64,000 bases of DNA from Chloroflexota bacterium (GCA_023480885.1 JAMCWX010000066.1:37467-101466); one strand, 5' to 3'; shown: positions 20,381-29,571, counted from the stretch's first letter. A program made the numbers and translations. The notes: generated by a model from the letters alone, not told the origin.

Positions 20381-20830
20381 CTACTCGTAAATCCATCTAT
20401 CGATATCGCGAGCGTAAGACACGATTTCGTTGGGACTGAAGAAGAGATCGATCTCAGCCGTGGCTGTATCAGGGCTATCCGAAGCGTGGATCAGGTTACG
20501 GAGCCCGGTGAGGGCGAAATCGCCGCGAATCGTTCCCGGCGCGGCCTCGTGCGGGCGCGTAGCACCTACCATAGCACGGACAACTCTAATGCCCTCGGTT
20601 CCTTCGAGGACCATCACGGCCACAGGGCCCGACGTAATGTAATTCACGAGCTCCTCGTAGAAGAACTTACCTTTGTGGATAGCGTAGTGCCGCTCAGCCA
20701 GATCGCGATCTATCTGCATAAACTTCAGGGCGGCGATTCGCAGCCCGCGGCTCTCGAAGCGCGCTAAAATAGGGCCTGTCAGTGCCCTTTGCACGCCATC
20801 TGGCTTGATGATAACTAGCGTTCTTTCCAT
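20381..20830 (-). CDS. ndk: nucleoside-diphosphate kinase
   Basis: MERTLVIIKPDGV N-terminus and active-site His in NLIHASDS. Confidence 0.95.
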   Translation of the reverse strand: MERTLVIIKPDGVQRALTGPILARFESRGLRIAALKFMQIDRDLAERHYAIHKGKFFYEELVNYITSGPVAVMVLEGTEGIRVVRAMVGATRPHEAAPGTIRGDFALTGLRNLIHASDSPDTATAEIDLFFSPNEIVSYARDIDRWIYE

Positions 20831-20866
20831 GAATTCTCCTCAGAAGTTAAATGGCTATCGCCAGCT

Positions 20867-20895
20867 ATGTTAGCCGAAGAGCGATTCCTGGTCAA
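20867..20895 (-). promoter_or_regulatory. promoter candidate for ndk
   Basis: On the minus strand: TTGACC (20895-20890), 17 nt, TAACAT (20872-20867). Confidence 0.4.
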
Positions 20896-21018
20896 TAGGA
20901 AAAAGGGCTGGTGTCGTAACTACAATACATCATCTCATGCTCGTCCATAATCACCTCCGGGAAATAACAATCGGCGTGAACTCGTGTCCGCTTTCCTCAG
21001 GAGAATCCGCGATTATCC

Positions 21019-21816
21019 CTAGACACCGCCACGCAAGTCCACTTGTCCCGCAGAGGCGAATAGAACCCGCTTCAGCCATAGCGAGACGTAAACGAGCCCC
21101 ACGAGCACCGGCACCTCGATGAGCGGACCGACTACCGCGGCCAGCGCCTGGCCAGAGGCAATGCCGAAAACAGCCACGGCGACCGCTATGGCCAGCTCGA
21201 AATTGTTGGACGCTGCCGTGAAGGACAGCGTGACGGTTTCCCTGTACTTGAATCTTAGCATCCAGGACATAAGGAAAGACGCGCCGAACATCAGGGCAAA
21301 GTAGGCGACCAGAGGGATGGCAATGCGCAGCACATCCATTGGCAGAGTCACGATGTACTCACCCTTGAGCGAGAACATAACCACGATGGTGTAAAGCAGC
21401 GCCAGCAGCGCTGTCGGCGCCAGACCGATCATGATGAGACCGGTGCGATACTCGGGCAGATCAGGCAACAGTAGCCAGGCAAGAGCGAACATAATGAGTG
21501 GGCCGATGATCCAGTTCTGGATGAGCGAGACGGCGAAGATCTGCCAGGAGGAAGCTACTTTGCCCAGTTCCTCATACTTGACTCTCGCCAGCACTGGATA
21601 CATCATCCAGAGCAGTCCTAATGCAATTGGCAACGATACGCTACTGATGCGGGCGGCGTCCAGGATCGTCGCTATATTCGGGAAAACGTACCCGAGACCG
21701 AGTCCCAACGCCATAGCGATGAATATCCAGAGGGGAAGAAACCGGTCGAGGGTTGATAATCGGCCGATAACATTGCCGGATGGCACTTCGGCCACCTCCG
21801 AGTTAGACACGCACAT
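21019..21816 (-). CDS. acr3: ACR3-family arsenite efflux permease carrying an in-frame internal deletion (possibly non-functional)
   Basis: The N-terminal 133 aa (LDRFLPLWIF...SLIQNWIIGPLIMF...GLIMIGLA) and the C-terminal 132 aa (YTIVVMFSLKGE...FTAASNNFELAIAVAVAVFG...GPLIEVPV) match ACR3. It is only 265 aa against about 350, and the ARCIAMV Cys segment is missing. Confidence 0.8.
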   Translation of the reverse strand: MCVSNSEVAEVPSGNVIGRLSTLDRFLPLWIFIAMALGLGLGYVFPNIATILDAARISSVSLPIALGLLWMMYPVLARVKYEELGKVASSWQIFAVSLIQNWIIGPLIMFALAWLLLPDLPEYRTGLIMIGLAPTALLALLYTIVVMFSLKGEYIVTLPMDVLRIAIPLVAYFALMFGASFLMSWMLRFKYRETVTLSFTAASNNFELAIAVAVAVFGIASGQALAAVVGPLIEVPVLVGLVYVSLWLKRVLFASAGQVDLRGGV

Positions 21817-21872
21817 TCGCTACACCTCTTCTTTATTCGGAACACCACGATCTTCTGAATCGCAACAAGCGG

Positions 21873-22115
21873 CTAGAGTCGCATCTGCCTAGTGGTATCC
21901 AGGATATCACGTAAGGTCGTCTGGAACGCCGCTACGCCAACAGGATCGAGTTTGTAGTAAACCCAACGCGCGTCGTGAAGATCACGCCTGTCCTGAACCA
22001 ATCCCGCCCGCTTCAAGAGTCCTATATGGTAGGATACTGTGCCTTGACTGAGGCCAAGCGTCTCGGTCAGGTGGCAAACGCACTGCTCGCGCTCCAGCGA
22101 GAGCGAGGAGAACAT
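21873..22115 (-). CDS. arsR: ArsR/SmtB-family metalloregulator (start uncertain)
   Basis: CVCHLTETLGLSQGTVSYHIGLLKRAGLV...WVYYKL is a winged HTH with a CVC pair. ATG 22115 avoids overlap with the divergent arsR. The open frame continues to 22253. Confidence 0.6.
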   Translation of the reverse strand: MFSSLSLEREQCVCHLTETLGLSQGTVSYHIGLLKRAGLVQDRRDLHDARWVYYKLDPVGVAAFQTTLRDILDTTRQMRL

Positions 22116-22120
22116 CTGGC

Positions 22121-22152
22121 ATATTGATAAAGTTCGATATGCGTGGTAGACT
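22121..22152 (+). promoter_or_regulatory. promoter plus candidate ArsR operator
   Basis: TTGATA (22124-22129), 17 nt, TAGACT (22147-22152), ending 9 nt before ATG 22162 (near-leaderless). It is overlapped by the imperfect palindrome ATATTGA-N6-TCGATAT (22121-22140). Confidence 0.4.
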
Positions 22153-22161
22153 ATTGTCGTT

Positions 22162-22482
22162 ATGGGACTTGCGGGTAATCCAACAAATAACCGGATATGC
22201 TCCATAGTTGAGCTCACGTGTCCGGAGTCCAAAGAGGCAGCTCGTCTGTTCAAAGCTCTGTCCGACGAGGTGCGGCTGGCGATACTCAGGCACCTTCGCC
22301 AACAAGGTGAGACGTGTGCCTGCGAGTTCTCAGGGTGCTGCGGATTGAGCCAACCGACGATCTCTTACCATCTAAAGACATTGCGCGAGGCATGCTTGGT
22401 TGAGGCGGAGAAGCGTGGCTCCTGGGTTTATTATCGTCTGAACGTTACAAAGCTGGAACTGCTGCACAATCTATTGCCATAG
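22162..22482 (+). CDS. arsR: ArsR/SmtB-family metalloregulator
   Basis: LFKALSDEVRLAILRHL...CACEFSGCCGLSQPTISYHLKTLREACLV...WVYYRL. Cys pairs sit in and after helix 3. Confidence 0.75.
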   Translation: MGLAGNPTNNRICSIVELTCPESKEAARLFKALSDEVRLAILRHLRQQGETCACEFSGCCGLSQPTISYHLKTLREACLVEAEKRGSWVYYRLNVTKLELLHNLLP

Positions 22483-22623
22483 CGTCTTCTCTTTCTTGCT
22501 GATGGACTCCTTATTCGGAATGTAGTCAGGAGGTATGCACAGATGGAGTCGAAAAAGGATTTGCCGGCCCAGGCTTCGGGGCTGTCGAACGGCTCTGGCT
22601 CGTGATGAGGATCGGAATCGAGC

Positions 22624-22836
22624 GTGCGGATTCACACGCTGAGCATCGACGGCGACCTGGTAGGTATCATTGGCATGGGAGAGATTGTGGCCGAAGTGAA
22701 GGCGCTGGGTCTCAAGCAAGAAGGCGAGATCAAGGAAGAACTCCTGACAAGAGTTCAGAGAAGGAACCATGTTGCCCGCGGGAGCGAGGAGGGTTACCGC
22801 AAAGCCTTGTGGGGGGAATACCTTGGAAGGCAATAA
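22624..22836 (+). CDS. hypothetical 70-aa protein
   Basis: ORF downstream of arsR with no Cys and no recognised family. An overlapping alternative-frame ORF (22602-22844) makes the call uncertain. Confidence 0.4.
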   Translation: MRIHTLSIDGDLVGIIGMGEIVAEVKALGLKQEGEIKEELLTRVQRRNHVARGSEEGYRKALWGEYLGRQ

Positions 22837-22857
22837 GACCGTGACCAGATCTTTGGT

Positions 22858-23226
22858 CTACTTGGCAGTCTTAATGTATGCCAACAAATCGACTATGCCT
22901 TGATCATTTAGCTGCTCACGAGAGAATTGCGGCATAGGATGGCGTCCTGTGCGGACCACCTTCATCAGGGCATCGGCCGTCTGGTATTTGCCTTTGAATC
23001 CATCTGAGACGAAAGATGGGCCGACCTTTGCTTCCGGCGCGTGGCAGCCATAGCAGAGCGACACGTAAATCGCTTTTCCTTTGGCCTCGTCACCATGCGC
23101 CAGAGGGGTCGGCGTTGCCGCCGACACTGAGGGTTTAACCGAGGACGTGCCACTCGACGTGCATCCGGCGACAACCACCAATCCGACGACCAAGATCACC
23201 ATTACGACGGTAACAATCCTTCGCAT
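22858..23226 (-). CDS. monohaem class-I c-type cytochrome, lipoprotein
   Basis: Signal peptide with lipobox VVAGC, a single CYGCH haem motif, and a downstream Met candidate in HPMPQF. Confidence 0.8.
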   Translation of the reverse strand: MRRIVTVVMVILVVGLVVVAGCTSSGTSSVKPSVSAATPTPLAHGDEAKGKAIYVSLCYGCHAPEAKVGPSFVSDGFKGKYQTADALMKVVRTGRHPMPQFSREQLNDQGIVDLLAYIKTAK

Positions 23227-23229
23227 CTC

Positions 23230-24390
23230 TCATTGCTCCTTCCCCTTACTGGCTAACGACAATGCTCGTGACTGTTTGGACGGACCAAGGGAGAAGAAGT
23301 CGTCGATCCCGCTTCCCTTCTTGCAGGAAGGACAGAGATCTTCCCCATTTGGACTGGCGAACTTGCGCCCGCAAGCGGTGCAAGTGATCTTGTCGGCGTG
23401 CACGATAGTGGTGTACTGCCCTGCAACCATCCGAAACAGCTCCCTGGAATTGCCATAGTGAAGTCCATTCGTCGGACAGATATCGGCACAAGCCTGGCAA
23501 TCCAGACAGCGCCATGTATCGAGCCGAAGCTCCCAGGCGCCGGCAGTTTCCTGGATTTTGAGGGCACCAGAAGGGCATGCCGCGGCGCAGATGCCGCAAA
23601 ACTCGCACTTGTCGGGAGGTAAGGGACGGCCAAGAGGAATACGGCTTTGTTGGAGGTCATCCCGTGGGTTTGCCATCAGCGCCGCCATCTGGTGTTGTAA
23701 GAGGGCGTGCTTGAATGAAATCTTATCGGTCGAGGTTGGTGGCCCCTGAGTGAAGTAAAGGGTCTCGTCCAGCATTTCATCCACCGATTCCACAGCTACC
23801 TTTAATGCTTGCCCCCTCACGTAGTTGAGGAAGTCACGCCGGGACCGCTGCTGTTCCATCATCTGGGGCTCGCGTGCCGTGTCATCGAGGATAATAGTCT
23901 TTCTGCTGCCCAGCGCGTTGAGGACCGAATTGGCACGCGCCACCGTGCGGTCTATGATGGCCCTCGCACTCGTCAATTGACACTTATGACAGTGGCTTAC
24001 GTCGAGCGAGAGAATTCGACGTCTAGCGATCGCTGCTATAAGCATTCCTTCGCTGAGTATCCCCAGACAGGGGACTTCGATACCCCTGCTAGGCCCGCCT
24101 TCAACGCGTGAACAATGTAATCTTCCCCCATTCGTTTCAATGGAAGATGCCAATCGCTCGACTGCCGGCGAAACAAAAGCTCCTGTGGGGCAGACGTTGG
24201 CACAGATGCCGCACCCCGTACAGCGCGATTCATCCAGCCGTGGAGTACTCCCCAGTTGGATCGCCTGCGTTGGGCAATCTTGCAGGCACCTGTCGCAAGT
24301 TGCTCTTCGGAACTTGCGAACGCATCGCTGCGCATCGACCTCTGGTTTCTCTTCCTCCAGCAGCTTGCCCAGGAGCTTTAGACCGAACAC
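23230..24390 (-). CDS. cytoplasmic poly-ferredoxin (four 4Fe-4S-type motifs) with a C-terminal zinc ribbon, NapF-like role possible
   Basis: CTGCGICANVCP, CEFCGICAAACP and CLDCQACADICP, plus an atypical first motif and a terminal CTACG...CPSC. No signal peptide. It overlaps the chaperone gene by 13 nt. Confidence 0.75.
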   Translation of the reverse strand: MFGLKLLGKLLEEEKPEVDAQRCVRKFRRATCDRCLQDCPTQAIQLGSTPRLDESRCTGCGICANVCPTGAFVSPAVERLASSIETNGGRLHCSRVEGGPSRGIEVPCLGILSEGMLIAAIARRRILSLDVSHCHKCQLTSARAIIDRTVARANSVLNALGSRKTIILDDTAREPQMMEQQRSRRDFLNYVRGQALKVAVESVDEMLDETLYFTQGPPTSTDKISFKHALLQHQMAALMANPRDDLQQSRIPLGRPLPPDKCEFCGICAAACPSGALKIQETAGAWELRLDTWRCLDCQACADICPTNGLHYGNSRELFRMVAGQYTTIVHADKITCTACGRKFASPNGEDLCPSCKKGSGIDDFFSLGPSKQSRALSLASKGKEQ

Positions 24391-25172
24391 ACGTCACCGC
24401 TCCCCATTGCGCCGTCAACAATTACACTCGCTTGCCGGCGTAGTTCCTCCACGTCAGATAGGACGAACCCCAAAGTAAGATTGGCTATGCCGCGATAGAA
24501 GGGGTGGCGAGCGGCGTTCCCAACAGCCTGGCAGAACCTGTCTATCCACGGCGCCAACTGGGTCTCCAGGAAAGCCAGTTGCAGTCGAACGGATTCCTCA
24601 GCGGCCAGGATTCGCCCCGTGTTTAATGCCTCGGCCTCTCGGCCACACAAATGCTGCAAGAATTGCAATTCCAGGCCGATGTGGTCCGGCACCTCTCGCA
24701 GCTCGCCAGTCACGGCGAGCCCAGCTTCCAGGTACATTCTCTCCGCCGCTACGGCGGAGTCTCCCCAGAGTTGCCGTTTGTCCAGCCGCTTCCCATCGTT
24801 CGCTAGAGCTGTGCTGCCATCGCTTAACTCGTCAGAGTACATCGACTGGTATGGCGGGACGTAGTCCGGACCGGGAGCCACGAATAGCCGCGTGTATTCG
24901 ATTTCCATCTCCTCTAGCAGATCTTTCGCATCACGTCCGGGAACGAAAGCGTCCAGTTCCGCCGCGACGTGATCGAGCCCGACGTCGCGGAATGCTCGGA
25001 GCAATGTCCCATCCGCTATGGCTCGAACGACTTGCAGGGATGGAGGTTCCGCGTAGGCGCTGGCCAGGAGATTGTAGATGTTGGCCCGAGCCAGGGCGAC
25101 GATAGCCTTCTCTCCTCTTGCTGCTTCGATTTCGTGGTTATCACAAGCTACATTTCTGACCACGTGCGTCAC
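24378..25172 (-). CDS. TorD/DmsD-family molybdoenzyme maturation chaperone
   Basis: It is all-helical with ARANIYNLLASAYAEPP and FLQHLC segments typical of the family. GTG 25172 follows AGGAAGG by 5 nt and keeps the 25221-25251 palindrome intergenic. The track start is 25259. Confidence 0.7.
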   Translation of the reverse strand: MTHVVRNVACDNHEIEAARGEKAIVALARANIYNLLASAYAEPPSLQVVRAIADGTLLRAFRDVGLDHVAAELDAFVPGRDAKDLLEEMEIEYTRLFVAPGPDYVPPYQSMYSDELSDGSTALANDGKRLDKRQLWGDSAVAAERMYLEAGLAVTGELREVPDHIGLELQFLQHLCGREAEALNTGRILAAEESVRLQLAFLETQLAPWIDRFCQAVGNAARHPFYRGIANLTLGFVLSDVEELRRQASVIVDGAMGSGDVCSV

Positions 25173-25220
25173 CAATGCCTTCCTAAGTAGATTGGCTTTG
25201 TCGCTGCTATCCGTCCGCTT

Positions 25221-25251
25221 GGTAGAGGCAGGTTTCAAACCTGCCTCTACC
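25221..25251. repeat. perfect 15-bp-arm palindrome
   Basis: GGTAGAGGCAGGTTT-C-AAACCTGCCTCTACC lies between the catalytic-subunit stop (25324) and the chaperone gene. Confidence 0.85.
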
Positions 25252-25323
25252 AGGGACACGCTTTGTGCCCGATGGTTTAGTGTAGGTGCCGCTATGCCCG
25301 CGACGGTCGGTATCCCGCCATCG

Positions 25324-27711
25324 CTATGCCTTGTACACCTTCACACACACCTCTTTGTGCAGCGCCATGCCCGAGATCGGATCGGATTTGGTCACGTTGA
25401 ACTGTCCGTCCGCCGTGCCCTTCCCTTTGGCCACCTTGCCGAAACCCCAATGGCCGAAGCCATGCTGCCAACCGACCACTTCGGGATGGATGCCTTGCGT
25501 CACGCGGGCAATGGCCTTCGCTTTACCATATGGGGATTCGACCCAGATCTCATCGCCATCTTGTATCCCGAGCTTCCCTGCCGTCACGTCGTTGATGGCC
25601 AGTCTGTTCCAGTTCTGAATCTCCATCAGATAGGGATTATTGAAGGTGCGGGAATGTGTATGGTGTGATTCCTTCCAGTTGATAAGGAACAGCGGGAACT
25701 TGTCATCGGGATACCAGTCACGTGGCGTGTAGGCTGGCAGACCGTCAATAGGGTTGCCATTGATGTCTTTCTTACTGGCAAGGCTCTCGGAGAAGAACTC
25801 CAGTTTCCCGGTCGGCGTGGCGAATCCCTTGTGCACTTTGTCGCCGACCTTTACCCCGACCAGCTTGCCGTCTTTGTCCTTGACCGAGCCAGTTTTCGGG
25901 TCGACGGTGGCTCCCTCCGGTGGCTTCACCTCGGCGAGGTGTTTCTCGTACTGAGTTCCCTTGGGATCCATCCATACTGCGCCAGGCAAAGCCTTGAGTT
26001 CTTCCAGGGTTATCTTCGCCGATCCGCCCTGGATCATCTTGCTGATGTAATCCTCGTACTTCAGGCTCTCGAAGAAAGGAGCGCCGTCGGCATCCTTCAA
26101 ACCCAGACGTTTGCCGAGCTGAATGACCACGTCGTACTCCGGTAGCTGCCCGAATATGGGCGGGACCACGGGCTGACGCAGGCTTACCACAGGCCAGGTC
26201 ACCCATTGGCCGATCACTTCGTAGCGCTCCAGGTAGGTGCTTCCCGGCAGCACGATATCCGCCATCTCGGCGGTCTCGCTCAGGTAGATGTCGTCGACCA
26301 CCACGTAATCCAGCTTCTTCAGCGCCTCGATGACGTTGTTCGTCCCAGGGATGGACAGCACCAGGTTTTGGAACATAACCACAGCCATTTTGGGCTGGTA
26401 GGGTCCCTTGCCGTCGAGGATACGGCTGATGATCTCAGTGTAGACCCCGGAGCTGTGGCCCATGGGGAATTTGGACAGACCGTCCAGACGGGGTTTGTCA
26501 GTCTTTTTCACCCTGATTGGCGGGTGGGCGCCACCGCCCTTGTTCGGGATCATAATCGTGCCTGGCTTGTCCACATTGCCCGTCAGCGCCGCCAACACGG
26601 CGATGGCACGACCACCTTGCACTGCGTTGGAATGTTGGCCAGGGCCGGACCAGGCGTCGACGATAGCCGGCTTGGTCGTGGCAAACTCCCGTGCGATGCG
26701 GCGTATAGTATCCGCGGGCACGCCCGTGATCTTCTCCGCCCACTCGGGTGTCTTGTCCTTTACATATGCCGAGAACTGGTCGAACCCCACTGCCCAGTCG
26801 TCGACGAACTTCTGGTCGTATAGCTTCGACTCGATGATCACGTTGGCCATCGCTAGAGCCATAGCACCATCCGTAGATGGCTTGATAGGTATCCATTCGT
26901 GGGCCTTGGAGGCAGTAAAGCTGCAATAAGGGTCCACCACGATGAACCTGGCACCGTTCTCGATGCCGCGGGTTATCGTTCTCGGTAGGTGTGACCACTT
27001 GGTCGCGGACAGTGGGTTCCAGCCGAAGAAGAGGATGTACTTGGAATTCACCGTATCGCCCAGCGGCCGGTCGTGGCCCATCACCGACTTAAAAATAGCT
27101 TTGCGGGAGACGTCGCACAGGTTGGAGTGCATACTGTAATTTGGCGTCCCGTAGAGGTCGCAGAAGTCCGCCTGGATGTCCGTGAAACTGGAGTCCTCTG
27201 TGAACCAGAGAAGAGTGTGGGCTTCTCCATTGTCACGAAGCGCTTTCAGCTTGGCAGCGATCTCATCCAGAGCTTCGTCCCAGGAGATCTCCTTCCACTT
27301 CGGATCGACGCCCTTGCCCTTTTCGGGGTTCGTACGCTTCAACGGCTTCTTGACCCTGTCTGGATCGTAAAGGGTAAAGATGCCGGCGTTGCCCTTGGGA
27401 CACATCGCCGCCCCTTCGCTCTTGTGCTGCCAGTAGTCGGAGGATACATTGGCCAAGCCGATGGGATTGTCCGTGTTGGGCTTGATTTTGGCCACGCGGC
27501 CGTTCACCACGTTACAGAGGATACCGCTGGTGCCGCCGCACATGTGGCAACAGGTGGGTATCCACTGGCCCTCACTAAGAGAGGGTTCGGCCGCGCCGGC
27601 GGGCGTTATGGTTTGCGGCAGGGGTACGAAACGGCTGCCCAGCGCGGCGACGCCCGCCGTGGCCGCGGAGAGTGCCAGAAACTGCCGTCGAGATAGCTTT
27701 GGTATCGACAT
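25324..27711 (-). CDS. Tat-exported molybdopterin oxidoreductase catalytic subunit (Psr/Phs/Ttr/Arr-like, substrate unknown)
   Basis: Twin-arginine leader MSIPKLSRRQFLALSAATAGVAALG, N-terminal Fe-S motif CCHMC-x7-C...C, a Cys-containing MHSNLCDVSRK segment at the expected Mo-ligand region, and 795 aa overall. Confidence 0.9.
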   Translation of the reverse strand: MSIPKLSRRQFLALSAATAGVAALGSRFVPLPQTITPAGAAEPSLSEGQWIPTCCHMCGGTSGILCNVVNGRVAKIKPNTDNPIGLANVSSDYWQHKSEGAAMCPKGNAGIFTLYDPDRVKKPLKRTNPEKGKGVDPKWKEISWDEALDEIAAKLKALRDNGEAHTLLWFTEDSSFTDIQADFCDLYGTPNYSMHSNLCDVSRKAIFKSVMGHDRPLGDTVNSKYILFFGWNPLSATKWSHLPRTITRGIENGARFIVVDPYCSFTASKAHEWIPIKPSTDGAMALAMANVIIESKLYDQKFVDDWAVGFDQFSAYVKDKTPEWAEKITGVPADTIRRIAREFATTKPAIVDAWSGPGQHSNAVQGGRAIAVLAALTGNVDKPGTIMIPNKGGGAHPPIRVKKTDKPRLDGLSKFPMGHSSGVYTEIISRILDGKGPYQPKMAVVMFQNLVLSIPGTNNVIEALKKLDYVVVDDIYLSETAEMADIVLPGSTYLERYEVIGQWVTWPVVSLRQPVVPPIFGQLPEYDVVIQLGKRLGLKDADGAPFFESLKYEDYISKMIQGGSAKITLEELKALPGAVWMDPKGTQYEKHLAEVKPPEGATVDPKTGSVKDKDGKLVGVKVGDKVHKGFATPTGKLEFFSESLASKKDINGNPIDGLPAYTPRDWYPDDKFPLFLINWKESHHTHSRTFNNPYLMEIQNWNRLAINDVTAGKLGIQDGDEIWVESPYGKAKAIARVTQGIHPEVVGWQHGFGHWGFGKVAKGKGTADGQFNVTKSDPISGMALHKEVCVKVYKA

Positions 27712-27724
27712 CTTCGTGAACCTC

Positions 27725-28768
27725 CTAGTTGAGCGGGATCATCTGGCCACCGACGACGGTGACGTAGCGCATTGCGTAGACGCCGACGAGGACGAGTATC
27801 GATGCGGCAGACAGCGCGACTCGGCTCTGGTTGATCCTGGGCATGGCCAGAATCAGGAGCGGAGCGAACAGGCCAAGGATGATTTCAACGCCCACGAACA
27901 AGGGAGCGAAGCTCCCTTGAAGGATGAGCATCGCCGCGGCGTAGTCGTCCGGTCGTGACGAGGTCAACACAAGCACTTCGGACACGACAAAGAGAAAGTC
28001 GAGGACGATGAAGCCCGCGAGTATCTTGCTGAGGTCGTAGACCACGTCATTTGCGATGGTGGGAAAGTACTTTAGCACCGCGACGCTGTTGCCCAAAACC
28101 TTTTGCCTCAGAATACACAACAGAATCAGGAATGCTGTTCCAGAGACCATTGCCGACACCAGAAAATACATCGGCATCAAGGAGACGTTCCACATCGCTC
28201 GTCCCTGTCCCAGACCCACGATAAAGCCGGTGTATCCGTGGACCAAGATGGCTAGCGGAATGCCGAGGCTACCGAAGAACTTCATCCATTTCCTGTTCGA
28301 GTTTGTCTTAGTGATCTTGACGTCGGCGATCTGGCTACCACCAGCCACTGGCTGCAGCTTGAAGGCACCATCCTTGTCCTTACTCACGTCAAGCGCGGTC
28401 GCGCCTTCGGCCTTGTAGATGAAGAAGAGGTAAACTAGGCAGTTGATGGGATAGAGCGTCAGCAAAAAGGTACCCCAGGTTACCGGCGACCGGAAATTAA
28501 ACATGTAGAACAGATGGAAGAAGCGGAGTGGCTGCTCCAGGTCGATGACCAGGAACAACGGTGCGATCATCAATACGATAGGCGCCACCACTGCGCCGAT
28601 TCTGCCCGCCGGCTTGAACTTCTCCATTCCGAACACGTACGCGAGCGTCGATATGAGGAAGGATGCCGCGCTAATGCCGGTCAGGAAGAAATAGGTGGAT
28701 ATATATGTGGTGAGCGGTATGACGTGCGGAACGTTGAAAAGCACTCTCACCGAATCGTTTGGGTCCAT
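27725..28768 (-). CDS. NrfD/PsrC-type integral membrane quinone-interacting subunit
   Basis: 347-aa polytopic protein with an NrfD-like pattern (TYFFLTGISAASF, IDLEQPLRFFHLF). Confidence 0.85.
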   Translation of the reverse strand: MDPNDSVRVLFNVPHVIPLTTYISTYFFLTGISAASFLISTLAYVFGMEKFKPAGRIGAVVAPIVLMIAPLFLVIDLEQPLRFFHLFYMFNFRSPVTWGTFLLTLYPINCLVYLFFIYKAEGATALDVSKDKDGAFKLQPVAGGSQIADVKITKTNSNRKWMKFFGSLGIPLAILVHGYTGFIVGLGQGRAMWNVSLMPMYFLVSAMVSGTAFLILLCILRQKVLGNSVAVLKYFPTIANDVVYDLSKILAGFIVLDFLFVVSEVLVLTSSRPDDYAAAMLILQGSFAPLFVGVEIILGLFAPLLILAMPRINQSRVALSAASILVLVGVYAMRYVTVVGGQMIPLN

Positions 28769-28800
28769 TTCCCTTTACCTCCTCTGCTCAGCGATCAACC

Positions 28801-29529
28801 TCATCGTATCGGTCGATTGCTGTCGATACGATAGTCGTAGAAGCGGTCCGCGCGGGAGATACCTTCCAATGCCTTGTGTCGCTCCCGAATATCGTCTTCA
28901 CTCAGGCTGATCTCCTGCTTCAGGTCACGATGGTAGTATTTGATGTAATTGGCGTCCGTGCCGCGCGTTTCCATCGCCAGTTCGTCAGGGTAAACATAAT
29001 AGACCCGTGGGCCCGTGCCACTGTCGGGTTTGAGGGGACTGACCGGCAAATCGGCGATGAGACGTGAAACATCGCTGTTCGGATCGTTCATATCGCCGAA
29101 CGTGCGCGCCTTACCCATACAGGTTTCGACGCAAGCGGGTTTCTCTCCTCGGTCCACCCTGTGAACACAGAAAGTGCATTTCTCGACCGTCTTCCTCAAG
29201 GGATTGACAAACCTGACATCGTAGGGACAGGACGCTATACAATACTTGCAGCCAATGCACCGGTCGTAGTCGATAAGAACGATCCCGTCCTCTCGCTGGT
29301 ATGACGCCTGGACGGGGCAGTTCTGCACACAGATCGGCTTCTCGCAGTGATTGCAGAGAGCGGGAAGCGAGACTTTGCGGACGTTAGGATATCTTCCCTT
29401 CTCCACCTGCTTGACCCAGGTCCGAAAAGCCGTGACAGGGACGTTGTTCTCTTGTTTGCAGGCCACCGTGCAGGCGTGACAGCCAACACAGCGGCGCAGG
29501 TCTATGACCATCACATATCTCTTTGACAC
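28801..29529 (-). CDS. four-cluster 4Fe-4S electron-transfer subunit (PsrB/DmsB-like)
   Basis: MVIDLRRCVGCHACTVACK plus CNHCEKPICVQNCP, CIGCKYCIASCP and CTFC...CVETC. The GTG start lies 6 nt after GGAGGA. Confidence 0.9.
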   Translation of the reverse strand: MSKRYVMVIDLRRCVGCHACTVACKQENNVPVTAFRTWVKQVEKGRYPNVRKVSLPALCNHCEKPICVQNCPVQASYQREDGIVLIDYDRCIGCKYCIASCPYDVRFVNPLRKTVEKCTFCVHRVDRGEKPACVETCMGKARTFGDMNDPNSDVSRLIADLPVSPLKPDSGTGPRVYYVYPDELAMETRGTDANYIKYYHRDLKQEISLSEDDIRERHKALEGISRADRFYDYRIDSNRPIR

Positions 29530-29571
29530 CTTGGTCCTCCGTTCAAGCTCGACAGTGAGACGCCATCTACT

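Noticed and set aside
22602-22844. An 80-aa ORF overlapping the 70-aa ORF at 22624-22836 in another frame.
   Set aside because: Its product is Arg/Gly/Pro-rich and low-complexity. The 70-aa frame looks more protein-like, but even that call has low confidence.
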